53,478 nucleotides of DNA from Macrostomum lignano (Eukaryota): assembly GCA_002269645.1 (NCBI GenBank), contig NIVC01002114.1, positions 150,697-204,174 of the forward strand. Reading direction: 5' to 3'. This document shows, one piece after another, positions 36,390 to 49,281 of this stretch. Position 1 is the first letter of the stretch. Each line of letters opens with the position of its first letter. The translations under genes and the position numbers were made by a program. The notes beneath the pieces are model-generated. The model had not been told where the DNA came from, did not search any database, and saw only the letters and a program-made list of their open reading frames with translations.

Positions 36390-37479
36390 CATTTCTGTGG
36401 CTTTGATTGGCTTTATTGTCTATGGCCTAGAGCAGTTCTGTGGCAGTGGTTCTTTGATTGGCTTTATTGTCTATGGCCGAGTGCAGCTCTGTGGCAGTGG
36501 CTTTGATTGGCTTTATTGTCTATGGCCGAGTGCAGTTCTGTGGCAGTGGCTTTGATTGGCTTTATTGTCTATGGCCGAGTGCAGTTCTGTGGCAGTGGCT
36601 TTGATTGGCTTTATTGTCTATGGCCGAGTGCAGTTCTGTGGCAGTGGCTTTGATTGGCTTTATTGTCTATGGCCGAGTGCAGTTCTGTGGCAGTGGCTTT
36701 GATTGGCTTTATTGTCTATGGCCGAGTGCAGTTCTGTGGCAGTGGCTTTGATTGGCTTTATTGTCTATGGCCGAGTGCAGTTCTGTGGCAGTGGCTTTGA
36801 TTGGCTTTATTGTCTATGGCCGAGTGCAGTTCTGTGGCAGTGGCTTTGATTGGCTTTATTGTCTATGGCCGAGTGCAGTTCTGTGGCAGTGGCTTTGATT
36901 GGCTTTATTGTCCATGGCCGAGTGCAGTTCTGTGGCAGTGGCTTTGATTGGCTTTATTGTCTATGGCCGAGTGCAGTTCTGTGGCAGTGGCTTTGATTGG
37001 CTTTATTGTCTATGGCCGAGTGCAGTTCTGTGGCAGTGGCTTTGATTGGCTTTATTGTCTATGGCCGAGTGCAGTTCTGTGGCAGTGGCTTTGATTGGCT
37101 TTATTGTCTATGGCCGAGTGCAGTTCTGTGGCAGTGGCTTTGATTGGCTTTATTGTCTATGGCCGAGTGCAGTTCTGTGGCAGTGGCTTTGATTGGCTTT
37201 ATTGTCCATGGCCGAGTGCAGTTCTGTGGCAGTGGCTTTGATTGGCTTTATTGTCCATGGCCGAGTGCAGATCTGTGGCAGTGGCTTTGATTGGCTTTAT
37301 TGTCTATGGCCGAGTGCAGTTCTGTGGCAGTGGCTTTGATTGGCTTTATTGTCTATGGCCGAGTGCAGTTCTGTGGCAGTGGCTTTGATTGGCTTTATTG
37401 TCTATGGCCGAGTGCAGTTCTGTGGCAGTGGCTTTGATTGGCTTTATTGTCTATGGCCGAGTGCAGTTCTGTGGCAGTG
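36390..37479 (+). repeat. 49-bp minisatellite (GGCTTTGATTGGCTTTATTGTCTATGGCCGAGTGCAGTTCTGTGGCAGT), about 22 copies
   Basis: Highly homogeneous units; intergenic. Confidence 0.97.
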
Positions 37480-37967
37480 TCGGGCAAACAATAATTAGTA
37501 AGAAATCAAACAAACAACAAGCACCATTAGCTGTCAAATTATCAATCTGATCAATCGATAAAACGCGAGTTGACAGAAAATCGATAAGCAAATCGTACGA
37601 ATATTTGTGTATATATATTTATTAATAATATTGAAATATATATTTATCATAAATCAAACGGAATTGAATGCAAAATTATAACAAATCAACACTCGTGAAC
37701 ATACTTAATAAATAATAAATATAAAACCAAAGGTAAATTTGTAGAATTTTTTTAATATTGCACGCCAAAATGAGACTCAAGTTTTCAAAATAATAGTAAA
37801 CCAAAGAATGCAAAAAACAACATTTCTGTAATTACTTCGGTACCAGCAATTAGATTTTTAAAAATAAGCCAACTAGGAAATATTTGTGCAAATTCAGTTT
37901 TTGGAATGCATTTTCCTATAAATTAGTCAAGCCAACCTTCAGTCAACTACTGAGAGCAGAACAAATG

Positions 37968-38510
37968 AGGCGATTCTCGGGGTGATTCTCAGAGACGACA
38001 AAGGGGAGATTCTCAGGGCGATAAAGGGGCGATTCTCAGAGCGATTCTCAGAGGCGTTTTTCAGGTCGATTCTCAGAGGCGATTCTCAGGGTGATTCTTA
38101 GGGCGATTGTTAGAGGCGATAAAGGGGCGATTCTCAGAGCGATTCTCAGAGGCGTTTTTCAGGGCGATTCTCAGAGGCGATTCTCAGGGTGATTCTTAGG
38201 GCGATTGTTAAAGGCGATAAAGGGGCGATTCTCAGAGGCGATACTCGTAAAGGGGCAATTCTCAAGGCGATTCTCAGAGGCGTTTTTCAGAGCGATTCTC
38301 AGGGTCTCAGGGGCGTTTTTCAGGGCGATTCTCAGAGGCGATAACGGGGTGATTCTCAGAGGCGATAACGGGGTGATTCTCAGGGCGATTCTCAGAGGCG
38401 ATAAAGGGGCAATTCTCAGGGCAATTCTCAGGGCGATTCTCAGAGGCGTTTTTCAGGGCGATTTTCAGATGCGATAAAGGGGCAATTCTCAGGGGCAATA
38501 AAGAGGTGAT
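37968..38510 (+). repeat. Degenerate repeat with GGCGATTCTCAGA core
   Basis: Visible degenerate tandem units. Confidence 0.8.
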
Positions 38511-39152
38511 TCTTCATGGCCAGACCAGGTGTGACGACAGTAAAAGTGCTTGCTCATTTGGAAAACTATTAGTGCTATAAAGTGAATAATCTTAAAAAAA
38601 ATAAGTACACTTATTTTACAGAAATTTCAAAAAAGTTCTGGCGCAATTCAACAATAATATATGCTGGTATAAAACTGCTATTGGAATGCCAATTAGATCA
38701 GAAACGCCTAATTTTGTAGATGAGATTATTTGCTATTAACAAAAAATGGAAAAAGCAGCATGCTTGCTTGTAGGAATATATTAGTTTGTTTGAACTATAA
38801 ATTTAAATGCAGTTAATTAAAAAAACTAAAGCTGTTGGGCTACTATAGGGGTCTGCAGACTGCGGCTCGCGGAGCCTTCCTATCCGGCCCTTGGGCCCTT
38901 TAAAACTTCACAATAACAATCTGGCCTGCCCAAGCTTGGTGTCTCTTGTCATCTCTTTTCTCTCGCCTCTCCTCTCCTCTCGTCTCTCCCCTCTTATCTC
39001 CTCTCCTCTCTTTACCCTCTTCCACTTTTCTCTTCTCTCCACTCTCCTCTTATCTTTTCTCTCTCTACTCTCTTCCCTCATCCCCCGGACTAGCAGATAG
39101 ACTTGGAATTTGTATTAAGCAAACATTACACGCTCGCATTGCAGTCAAATTC

Positions 39153-42100
39153 TCAGAGATCCGATTCTCGAGTGCCCTGGTGTGCAGCGAAATTGATTTG
39201 ACCTGAGCTGGCTGAAAAATGTTTAAATTATTAGAAAACTAACACAATCCCTTACTTCAGACACTTTGATTCTTAATACTCTAAGAATCCCACACCTCTA
39301 GGATTCTTCAAATTCTAAGAATCCCACACCTCTAGAATTTCCCACATTCTAAGAATCCCACACCTCTAGAATTTCCCACATTCTAAGAATCTCACACCTC
39401 TAGAATTTCCCACATTCTAAGAATCCCACACCTCTAGAATTTCCCACATTCTAAGAATCCCACACCTCTAGAATTTCCCACATTCTAAGAATCTCACACC
39501 TCTAGAATTTCCCACATTCTAAGAATCCCACACCTCTAGAATTTCCCACATTCTAAGAATCTCACACCTCTAGAATTTCCCACATTCTAAGAATCTCACA
39601 CCTCTAGAATTTCCCACATTCTAAGAATCCCACACCTCTAGAATTTCCCACATTCTAAGAATCCCACACCTCTAGAATTTCCCACATTCTAAGAATCTCA
39701 CACCTCTAGAATTTCCCACATTCTAAGAATCCCACACCTCTAGAATTTCCCACATTCTAAGAATCCCACACCTCTAGAATTTCCCACATTCTAAGAATCT
39801 CACACCTCTAGAATTTCCCACATTCTAAGAATCCCACACCTCTAGAATTTCCCACATTCTAAGAATCTCACACCTCTAGAATTTCCCACATTCTAAGAAT
39901 CCCACACCTCTAGAATTTCCCATATTCTAAGAATCCCACACCTCTAGAATTTCTCACATTCTAAGAATCCCACACCTCTAGAAGTTCCCACATTCTAACA
40001 ATCCCACACCTTTAGGATTCCCCACATTCTAAGAATCCCACACCTCTAGGGTCCCCACGTTCTAAGAATCTGAGAAATCCAGATCCCCATTACCCCCAGC
40101 TCACCTGTAAATGCGACATTAGCGAAGCCGCCAGGCCATCCGTCCCGAGCTTCAGCTCTCTGGTACTCCTTGAACTTTTCGTCTCTCGCCTCCGCTCTGG
40201 GATCGTGACCTTGGTGAATCTCTTTCTCTTCGAGGCGATAAGTTTTAGCGGGCGATCGATTGGCAAAGTAAAACAGCAGGACAGCGAGGACTATAATAAC
40301 GATGGCGCACACCACTATGATGACGATTAGGAATGATATCCTCGCTTGGTTTATCTGCTGGCTGCCGGGCGGCCTGGTAGGGTTGGCGGTGAACAAGCGT
40401 ATTGGTTTGGTTTAATTATTAGTGTTTATATGGTCTGTGTTTATGGCATTGTTTTATGGTACTGTGTTTATGGTACTGTGTTTATGGCACAGTGTTTATG
40501 GTACTGTGTTTAGGGTACTGTGTTTATGGTACTGTGTTTACGGTACTGTGTTTATAGTACTGTGTTTATGGTACTGTGTTTGTGGCAGTGTTCAAAGGGT
40601 TGTGCTTATGGATGGGCGTGTGTTTGAGTTTGGGATTGTATAATAATTTAAGGGGCTTTGTAAATATGATGTCAACAGGGTTGTGCTTTGGGTGTGTGCA
40701 TTTTTATTATATTTAATATTTACCATAATTTCTCCGTATTCTTACTATAAGTAGAGTAGTTAATAAAAATATACTATCATTAATTTTATACGTGTAATAT
40801 TCCACTATTTTTACTGTAAGTAGCGTAGTTAATAAAAATTTACTATCATTAATTTTATACGTGTAATATTTCACTATTTTTACTGTAAGTAGCGTAGTTA
40901 ATAAAAATTTACTATCATTAATTTTATACGTGTAATATTTCACTATTTTTACTGTAAGTAGAGTAGTTAATAAAAATTTACTATCATTAATTTTATACGT
41001 GTAATATTTCACTATTTTTACTGTAAGTAGAGTAGTTAATAAAAATTCATTATTATTAATTTTATACGCGTAATATTTCACTATTTTTACTGTAAGTAGA
41101 TTAGTTAATAGAAACTTACTATCATTAATTTTATACGTGTAATATTCCACTATTTTTACTGTAAGTAGAGTAGCAAGAAAATTCCATATATATGAAATGA
41201 AGCTCACTGAAAAGCCAGCTGTACGCTTAAAAAGCTTAGCGATCCGTGCGGACTCTGAGCATCGAAATCGGTAGAATAGAAGCACAGTGGGTCAGCTCTG
41301 CAATCGAATCTGCCCAGAGCCACAGTTGGCGAACCGTAGCGACTCTTATCCAGTTTGAGTCCAGTTAACTCACTACTCAAACTTTTATATCGAAAATTGA
41401 ACACGGCAGTTAGTGCGGTTCGTTTCTGCAATTCATTTCGAGCTTCAACACTCCAAGCGTTAGCCGAATCGAATTGGAAAATCTCGTAGATTAGTAAACT
41501 ATGCTGGGAGGCATTGTTAGCCGTGATGGTGAGGCTGGATACATTCTGACGCATCAGGGCTGTCACGTCAGTTAGTAAGAAACTATCCAGCCTCAGATAG
41601 GCTAATACTTCAACACCGGCTTGGTTTAAATAGGCCCCGTAACTGGCTGTGAAGCCAAACTTGAACTTGGCGCCTCTGCCTGCATAGCAGCGCTGAGTCG
41701 AGCAGCTGTTCTCATCGATTTCCGGTATGAAATCTGCCCGACTAGGCCGGCTCAGATACAAAATATTCGAACCAGTCTGGGCTGACAGGCGAGACGAATT
41801 CAAACCGAATTTATTGGCCAATTCGGCACTAGAATTGACGCCAACTTCGCAAACAAATCTGTGATCGAATGGGCGTTTCAAGCGACTCGATGCTGGCGGC
41901 TGCAGGACTGTCGTCAGGGTTTGGGCTGACCTGCAGTGTGGAATGACGGGGGGATATTAATTAGATTCTACCTTCTACTCTACAATACAATCTACCTTTC
42001 TACTCTACCCTAGAGTCTACCCTTCTACTCTACCCTAGAACCTAACCCTTCTACTCTACCCTGGAGTCTACCCTTCTACTTTACCCTAGAACCTAACCCT

Positions 42101-45100
42101 TCTACTATACCCTAGAGTCTACCCTTCTACTCTACCCTAGAACCTAACCCTTCTACTCTACCCTAGAATCTACCCTTCTACTCTACCCTAGAGTCTACCA
42201 ACTTCTACTCTACCCCTAGAATCTACCCTTCTACTCTAACATAGAATGTACCCCTTCTACTGCACCATGGAATCTACTTTTCTACTCTACTAAACATTCT
42301 ACCACTGTAATTTACCTTATAATCTACCTATCTACACTACCACAGACTACCATTTTACTCTACTTAAGAATCTACTCTTTTATTCTACTATAAAAGCGAT
42401 CCTTATACTCTACCAAAGAATCTACCAATTCACTCTACTACTCTACTCTACAGAATACAGTTTGCTACTCTACCACAGTCTACCACGCAGCAAAATCTCA
42501 CCTATCTGATCCAACTGCAGTTGAATTCAAGCTTACAGTCAGCTCATTAGCAGAGATGCCAACTAATTGTTGAAAACTCGACAAGCTATGCCTGGTCCAA
42601 CTAACTCCAGTTGAAGTATTGGACGCCAGATAAAACACGCCTTGTAGCCTAACGGAGCTCAGGCCAGCATAAGAAGCTGCACAAGTGTAGCTCACCACCT
42701 CCCCAGCCATGGCTAAAACTTTGCCTGGCAACGGATAGGAAGCAGCGGCAGCAGACCCAGAATCAGTTTTGGCAAAACTTGGGGCAGCGACTATGAGCAC
42801 GTTGAAGGTGAATGACCTGCAGAGACGGGGAAAGGGGCGTCTTCGATGGGTATTGCTGTCTTTTTAATTGTACTTTATTATTGGTATTGCTATCTTTTCA
42901 GTGGTACTTTATATAATGGGGTATTTCTACCTTTTAGTTGTACTTTACCAATGAGTATTGCTACCTTTTTAATTGCACTTTATTAACGGGTATTGCTACC
43001 TTTTTAATTGTACTTTATTAACGGGTATTGCTACCTTTTTAATTGCACTTTATTAACGGGTATTGCTACCTTTTAGTGGTACTTTATCAATGAGTATTGC
43101 TACCTTTTTAATTGCACTTTATTAACGGGTATTGCTACCTTTTAGTGGTACTTTATCAATGAGTATTGCAACTTTTTTAATTGCACTTTATTAACGGGTA
43201 TTGCTGCCTTTTAGTGGCACTTTATCAATGAGTATTGCTACCTTTTTAATTGCACTTTATTAACGGGTATTGCTACTTTTTAGTGGTTCTACTGCCCCTA
43301 CCATCACGCTTAATTAAGTCATTGAAACCTACATATACTCAAACTACGAATTGAGTGCGAAAAGTGCGAATGTAGAAAGCACAGGAAGACAAGCCACGCA
43401 AGCCCCACCTGGATCCAGCAGTGCATCGATAGACACCAGACGGAGCTCTATCCGGTGACAACTCAATAATATTAGCAGCCCTGGCAACTCTCACTCCACT
43501 AATACCAACAGCCGAATCCCAATCAGACACAGTTGGCGGTATCAACAATCTGCCGTTGGCATAGAAACGATAAACAATAGTTGGATCATCGCATACAATG
43601 GGACAGACTAATGCGGTGAAATCTGCACCGGCAAATACGGTGACGTTAGAGTAGGTGTTAGGCACCAATGAGCACACTTTTGATGCTGATGATGTTGTAC
43701 AACTTTTATAGTTGAAATCAGTTGGACTAATGAGTCGGGCGTGAACAGTACTCACTCGATAATAAGGCTGCATCTGACCAGAGACTGACACCACCAGACA
43801 CAGTCCAATACTAGCCGGCATTCTGCTCAGATAGAAGTTATAAATCTCATTGCTTAATCTGCATTTTGAATACCACAATAAGCCGGTGCTCAGATCTAAT
43901 CGAACCAGTTTCTGTAGCAAAGTGTGCCTTGAATCAAATTTCGAATCGTAACTAGTAAACATGGTACTTCGTTCGTACTGCACGTAACTGCAACCGTTGG
44001 CATCGAAGTTCAACAGTGCACCCAAGTTGACCCGCTGCCTTAGAAAGGCTGGAGCAGCGGCTAATAAAGCTACCATGCTGGGCTCGACAAACTGAAGACT
44101 GGATACGTTGGTAGAACTGCTGGCATCTGCAAACTCCCTGCCAGTCAAGAAACTGATAGCACTTTGAGTTAGAAAACTTCTACTCGAATATTTAGCTGTC
44201 ACAGGCGGTACAGCCGGGAAAGCACTGATTGGATCGAGATTCCACACTGACATCGAGTTGGACTGCAACTCACCGCCAGAGTATTGAACTAGAATGCGAA
44301 ATTCTAGGAAATCTTTGAACACATTCTCATACGAGACTCGACTAGTGGACATTTTCAATATGAAATCGCTTGTCAACACTGAATCGGTGCTCTGGGTCGA
44401 AGTTTGGAAACGTTTCGAAATGCTGAACGCAATGCTGCCAGGTTGTGAGCACTGCTCAGTGACACTAGCGGTTGTCAAACTGTCTAGGTCCAACTGCTCC
44501 TCCACTGACTTGCCGGCGCATCTGAAAATAAAATGCTACTTTGCAACAGTTATTCAAAGGTTGCTTTCGGCACTTCCGGTGTTGTGAAAGGTTTGTGTCA
44601 TTTGGTACTGTGAAGGTTTTCGTCTTTCGGTGTTTTGTAGGTTTGTGTCCTTCGATGTTGTGAAAGGTTTGTGTCTTTCGGTGTTGTGAAGGTTTGTGTC
44701 TTTCGGTGTTGTGAGGCTTTGTGTCTTTCGGTGTTGTGAGGGTTCGTGTCTTTCGGTGTTGTGAGGGTTTGTGTCCTTCGGTGTTGTGAGGGTTTGTGTC
44801 CTTCGGTGTTGTAAAGGTTTGTGTATTTCGGTGTTGTGAGGGTTTGTGTCTTTCAGTGTTGTGAAGGTTTTTGTCTTTCGGTGTTGTGAAGGCTTGTGTC
44901 CTTCGGTGTTGTGAGGGTTTGTGTCTTTTGGTGTTGTGAGGGTTTGTGTCTTTCGGTGTTGTGAGGGCTTGTGTCTTTCGGTGTTGTGAGGGCTTGTGTC
45001 TTTCGGTGTTGTGAGGGTTTGTGTCTTTCGGTGTTGTGAGGCTTTGTGTCTTTCGGTGTTGTGAGGGTTCGTGTCTTTCGGTGTTGTGAGGGTTTGTGTC

Positions 45101-46616
45101 CTTCGGTGTTGTGAGGGTTTGTGTCCTTCGGTGTTGTAAAGGTTTGTGTCTTTCGGTGTTGTGAGGCTTTGTGTCTTTCGGTGTTGTGAGGGTTCGTGTC
45201 TTTCGGTGTTGTGAGGGTTTGTGTCCTTCGGTGTTGTGAGGGTTTGTGTCCTTCGGTGTTGTAAAGGTTTGTGTATTTCGGTGTTGTGAGGGTTTGTGTC
45301 TTTCAGTGTTGTGAAGGTTTTTGTCTTTCGGTGTTGTGAAGGCTTGTGTCCTTCGGTGTTGTGAGGGTTTGTGTCTTTTGGTGTTGTGAGGGTTTGTGTC
45401 TTTCGGTGTTGTGAGGGCTTGTGTCTTTCGGTGTTGTGAGGGTTTGTGTCTTTCGGTGTTGTGAGGGCTTGTGTCTTTCGGTGTTGTGAGGGTTTGTGTC
45501 TTTCGGTGTTGTGATGGTTTGTGTCCTTCGGTGTTGTGAGGGTTTGTGTCTTTTGGTGTTGTGAGGGTTTGTGTCTTTCGGTGTTGTGAGGGCTTGTGTC
45601 TTTCGGTGTTGTGAGGGTTTGTGTCTTTCGGTGTTGTGAGGCTTTGTGTCTTTCGGTGTTGTGAGGGTTTGTGTCTTTCGGTGTTGTGAGGGTTCGTGTC
45701 TTTTGGTGTTGTGACGGTTTGTGTCCTTTGGTGTTGTAAAGGTTTGTGTATTTCGGTGTTGTGAGGGTTTGTGTCTTTCAGTGTTGTGAAGGTTTTTGTC
45801 TTTCGGTGTTGTGAAGGCTTGTGTCCTTCGGTGTTGTGAGGGTTTGTGTCTTTTGGTGTTGTGAGGGTTTGTGTCTTTTGGTGTTGTGACGGTTTGTGTC
45901 CTTTGGTGTTGTAAAGGTTTGTGTATTTCGGTGTTGTGAGGGTTTGTGTCTTTCAGTGTTGTGAAGGTTTTTGTCTTTCGGTGTTGTGAAGGCTTGTGTC
46001 CTTCGGTGTTGTGAGGGTTTGTGTCTTTTGGTGTTGTGAGGGTTTGTGTCTTTCGGTGTTGTGAGGGCTTGTGTCTTTCGGTGTTGTGAGGGTTTGTGTC
46101 TTTCGGTGTTGTGAAGGCTTGTGTCCTTCGGTGTTGTGAGGGTTTGTGTCTTTCAGTGTTGTGAAAGGTTTCTGTTTTTTGTTGTTGTGAGGGTTTGTGT
46201 CTTTTAGTGTTGTGTGGAATTTTGCTGTTGTAATAGTAACCTCTGAATATTTGGAATTTTTGAGCTTCAAACAATGCAATTTTTTGATTCCTTGAATATT
46301 AAGCTAAAAAACTTTAAACATTACTGTATATAGACACAAACAGCACCTACCTGAAGTCCAACATTATCTTTAATCCTCCACCAAAATTGCCAGCAACACT
46401 GACTCGTACAGTTATTCGATGATCTGCACTAAGAACAGCCAGTGAGTCGGGATAGCCAGCCTCCCAGACATCGTCCCAGTTAAAAAGCAATTTCGAGGGT
46501 GGCGAAAATATGAACTGAGGCATGATTTGGGTTGATTGTTGAACACTGCAAGGGATGAGTTTTAATAGTAGCAGCCAAACCACCAAGGCTGTTTGAACTG
46601 TTGTACACTGATGCAT
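39153..46616 (-). CDS. Ig-superfamily type I membrane protein (914 aa, 6 exons) with L1CAM-like juxtamembrane tail and C-terminal ESDL
   Basis: Exons 46351-46616, 43409-44521, 42502-42816, 41208-41930, 40105-40373, 39153-39211; all GT-AG, phases match, 2745 nt with no frameshift. Signal peptide (ALVVWLLLLKLIPC), Ig motifs (LVCP...SGVYRCTAGSRSFTFNV; GEVVSYTC...RFVCEV), TM ISFLIVIIVVCAIVIIVLAVLLFYF. Confidence 0.8.
39275..40060 (+). repeat. 34-bp minisatellite (TCTAAGAATCCCACACCTCTAGAATTTCCCACAT)
   Basis: About 22 visible units in the last intron of the Ig gene. Confidence 0.95.
40420..40585 (+). repeat. 14-bp repeat (GGTACTGTGTTTAT)
   Basis: Visible tandem units, intronic. Confidence 0.88.
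40740..41175 (+). repeat. 69-bp AT-rich minisatellite, about 6 copies
   Basis: Visible units; the 23-aa periodicity of ORF 40713-41285 confirms the 69-bp period. Confidence 0.9.
41965..42490 (+). repeat. Degenerate CCTTCTACTCTACCCTAGAA repeat
   Basis: Visible degenerate units, intronic. Confidence 0.8.
42845..43290 (+). repeat. About 35-bp minisatellite (GGGTATTGCTACCTTTTTAATTGCACTTTATTAAC)
   Basis: Visible units with alternating variants, intronic. Confidence 0.88.
44572..46215 (+). repeat. 25-bp minisatellite (GGTGTTGTGAGGGTTTGTGTCTTTC), about 65 copies, with higher-order blocks
   Basis: Visible units filling intron 1 of the Ig gene. Confidence 0.96.
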
Positions 46617-49281
46617 TGGTGAACTATTGCTGCAATTTTATTTTAAATTAAGTTGGTTTTGAATTTGCTAATAATAGTTATTTTGGTTGATTGGTTGAGT
46701 AATATATCAGGCATAAGAATCATAGTGCCATTTGGTTTCCTAGGTAATTTAGGATGCAAGAAGCATTGATCTAATGATCATTATTTTTTATTACTGTTTC
46801 TCTCTCACTATCTACTGTATACTTAGGATATAAAAATGATATATTATACACTATAACATAAAAACCTGCATTAAAACAATTTTAATGCAATATTAAAATA
46901 TAAAAAAATTAAACTTATCTTAAAGAAAGTCTATGAATAAAAAATTATATACTATAACCCAATTTCCTATATTTAAATTAAGCTATTACCTATACTATTG
47001 CTATAGCTATATTGCCATGCCATTTTATCATAAAAAATATAAATAACCTAATATTAGTTAAGTTTTTAGACTTCTTCAAGTATATTGTTGAAATACTTCC
47101 AATTTTCCCATTTTTCTTTAAAAACATTAAGATATTTTCTTTCCATTACTTGCTTACCCATAATATAAATATTTTCATTGATGACTATTTTATTTATATA
47201 TCTCTTCTAGTCTTCTATGACTTCTAGTTCTAGTGAAATTTATAGCTATTATTATTTAGATAGTATAGACAGATATTAATGACAGATAAAAAAATACAGA
47301 TAATTATTCACAATCGACTACAAGTATATGCATAATAATACACAGAATAAAATCTAATTTTAATCACAGATGATTTTGTCAATAAAACAAAAGATCTGCC
47401 TGCGGCAATGGCAATCCTACACTTATGTTCGGTGAATTATTTTGACATCAAATTTGTTCCAGTGAATACAAATTGCAGCCCTGTTAACATCGAAAATTTT
47501 CGGTACGACTTTAAAAGCATTTGATTTGCATATTCGAGACGATAATGCTATGTTAGTAATAGTAGTCTGATTATACCGTGTCTGACGCGGGCGATAAGAC
47601 GGGCAGGAAGTTCAACTTTATGGAAAGGTATTTTTTTAAACAGTTTGGGACTGCGTGAATCTGTTCAAATACATTAAAAAACTGACATATGATAGTCTTT
47701 AAAAACTAACTTCTGATACAAAATTAACAATAATTTCTATTTTTCAATTCATCGAACTTTAAAACATTGTTATAACTTGCATGTAACACGATAATTAATG
47801 ATATTGTAAAAAACCCGTTGATTGTGTCTTGAAAGTGACAGTTTTTACTGAAGTGTTATATATTGTCTTATAGATCGTAATTACAGAGTTACGCTGCCCG
47901 TCGAGTCATATAGTTTATATTGGTACAAGTGCATGTACTTGTACATGTACATTAGACAGCGTTATCTTGCGTTAATTTACATTTAAATTAATGGTAAATG
48001 AAAGTCCATTTTTGTTTTTTTGGAATGAGCATAACAAATACAACTTTTTGTTTATTTTTTCTCGGAATAATTAAATCAATAATTGATAGATATTTTATTG
48101 CAAAAAATACACTTAGTTAATAGTTTTAGAGTAATGCAGACTTTTATAAGCATTGTTCACAAATATTGTACGTGCATGTACGCAATTCGAAGAATATCTA
48201 GCTGGTTATAGATAATATCTATAATTATTTGTTTGTGTCATGGAATAATAAGACGCATATTAGGACAATAGTTAATAAAGCACAAAAGAGACACGAAAAA
48301 CTTTAACTTGGTTAAAAAGGGGAAAACCGATAAAAATATCAATCATCGTCATGAACGTAAAGCTAATTAATAGACTGAAAGTTAGTGGCAAACACAGTGA
48401 CGTATTATACTATAACTTCCTAATGAATTTCTTTGTCAACGTTTCCGTGATCTTCATTCAAATTTAACATGCTTCAGTATGGGTGAAACTGTGAGTTTAC
48501 ATCTATATGTGTATGATGTATGTTCGCCACTAACAAAAAAAACAAAAATCTTCAATTACACATTTAAGTGTTTTTACTGCGTAACAAAAATGCTTCACGA
48601 GACAGGAGACAGATCGAGCACAACAAATACCAATTATAATGCCAGTAAAATAGCGTTTGATAAAAATTCACAGCTATGCAGTTTGATTAATAATAGCAAT
48701 TCAATTAAAAGGAGCCACAAAAAAGCGCTAGCTGTTGTGCGATGCTTTTGTCTAAATTCATGTATATAGTTGATATTTTTAAAAGAACTATATTTATCTT
48801 CAAGTAACGTTAGACAAGACAATCCAGTTAGAAACATTTTTAAAGTAGTGAAACCTATAAAATATATCGGGTTTAAAAAAGCAACGGTTTATTAGATGCT
48901 GACTTGATTTTAATTTTGCTCCAGGAAAAGTAACAAGCTTGGTAAAATATTATCTCGCTTAAGCGGAATTAAAAATTAATTGAGAATCTAAATGAATTGA
49001 TATTTTCACTAAAGATAAACAAAAATCACAAAGCAAAACGATTGTATATAATCAATTTGCAGCAAAAGATCAAACAAAATAGACTATAAACGTTTGTGTT
49101 TAGCAGAATTCAGTTGATTTTTGTGCGTTTCTTTCATCTTCCTAAGCGTCCTTGAATTTTGTGACCTAATTTTATTAAACTATTCTATTATAGTTCCAAG
49201 AAAAGTCTTACGGTGTTAGGTGTTCTTTTTAAAAAAAACCGATCTTTTCAAATGGCCCTCGTATATCTAGTTCGCTCCGTA

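Noticed and set aside
36390-37479. CRISPR-like regular repeat
   Set aside because: Head-to-tail identical units with no unique spacers, no cas genes, and a eukaryotic context. The same applies to all other arrays here.
39275-40060. Heat-shock-element-like CTCTAGAATTTCC in the 34-bp array
   Set aside because: Only one of three nGAAn units is perfect; too weak to claim.
41990-42150. CCTAACCCT telomere-like words
   Set aside because: Isolated single units within a different degenerate repeat, not a (TTAGGG)n tract.
45303-46279. Mucin-like TPKDT repeat ORFs
   Set aside because: A 25-bp array in intron 1 of the Ig gene.
46700-49200. AT-rich ORFs 47012-47227, 48479-48769, 48634-48837 and a 9-bp inverted pair GACGGGCAG/CTGCCCGTC
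   Set aside because: Low-complexity translations with no splice or domain support; the inverted pair is too short to call an element.
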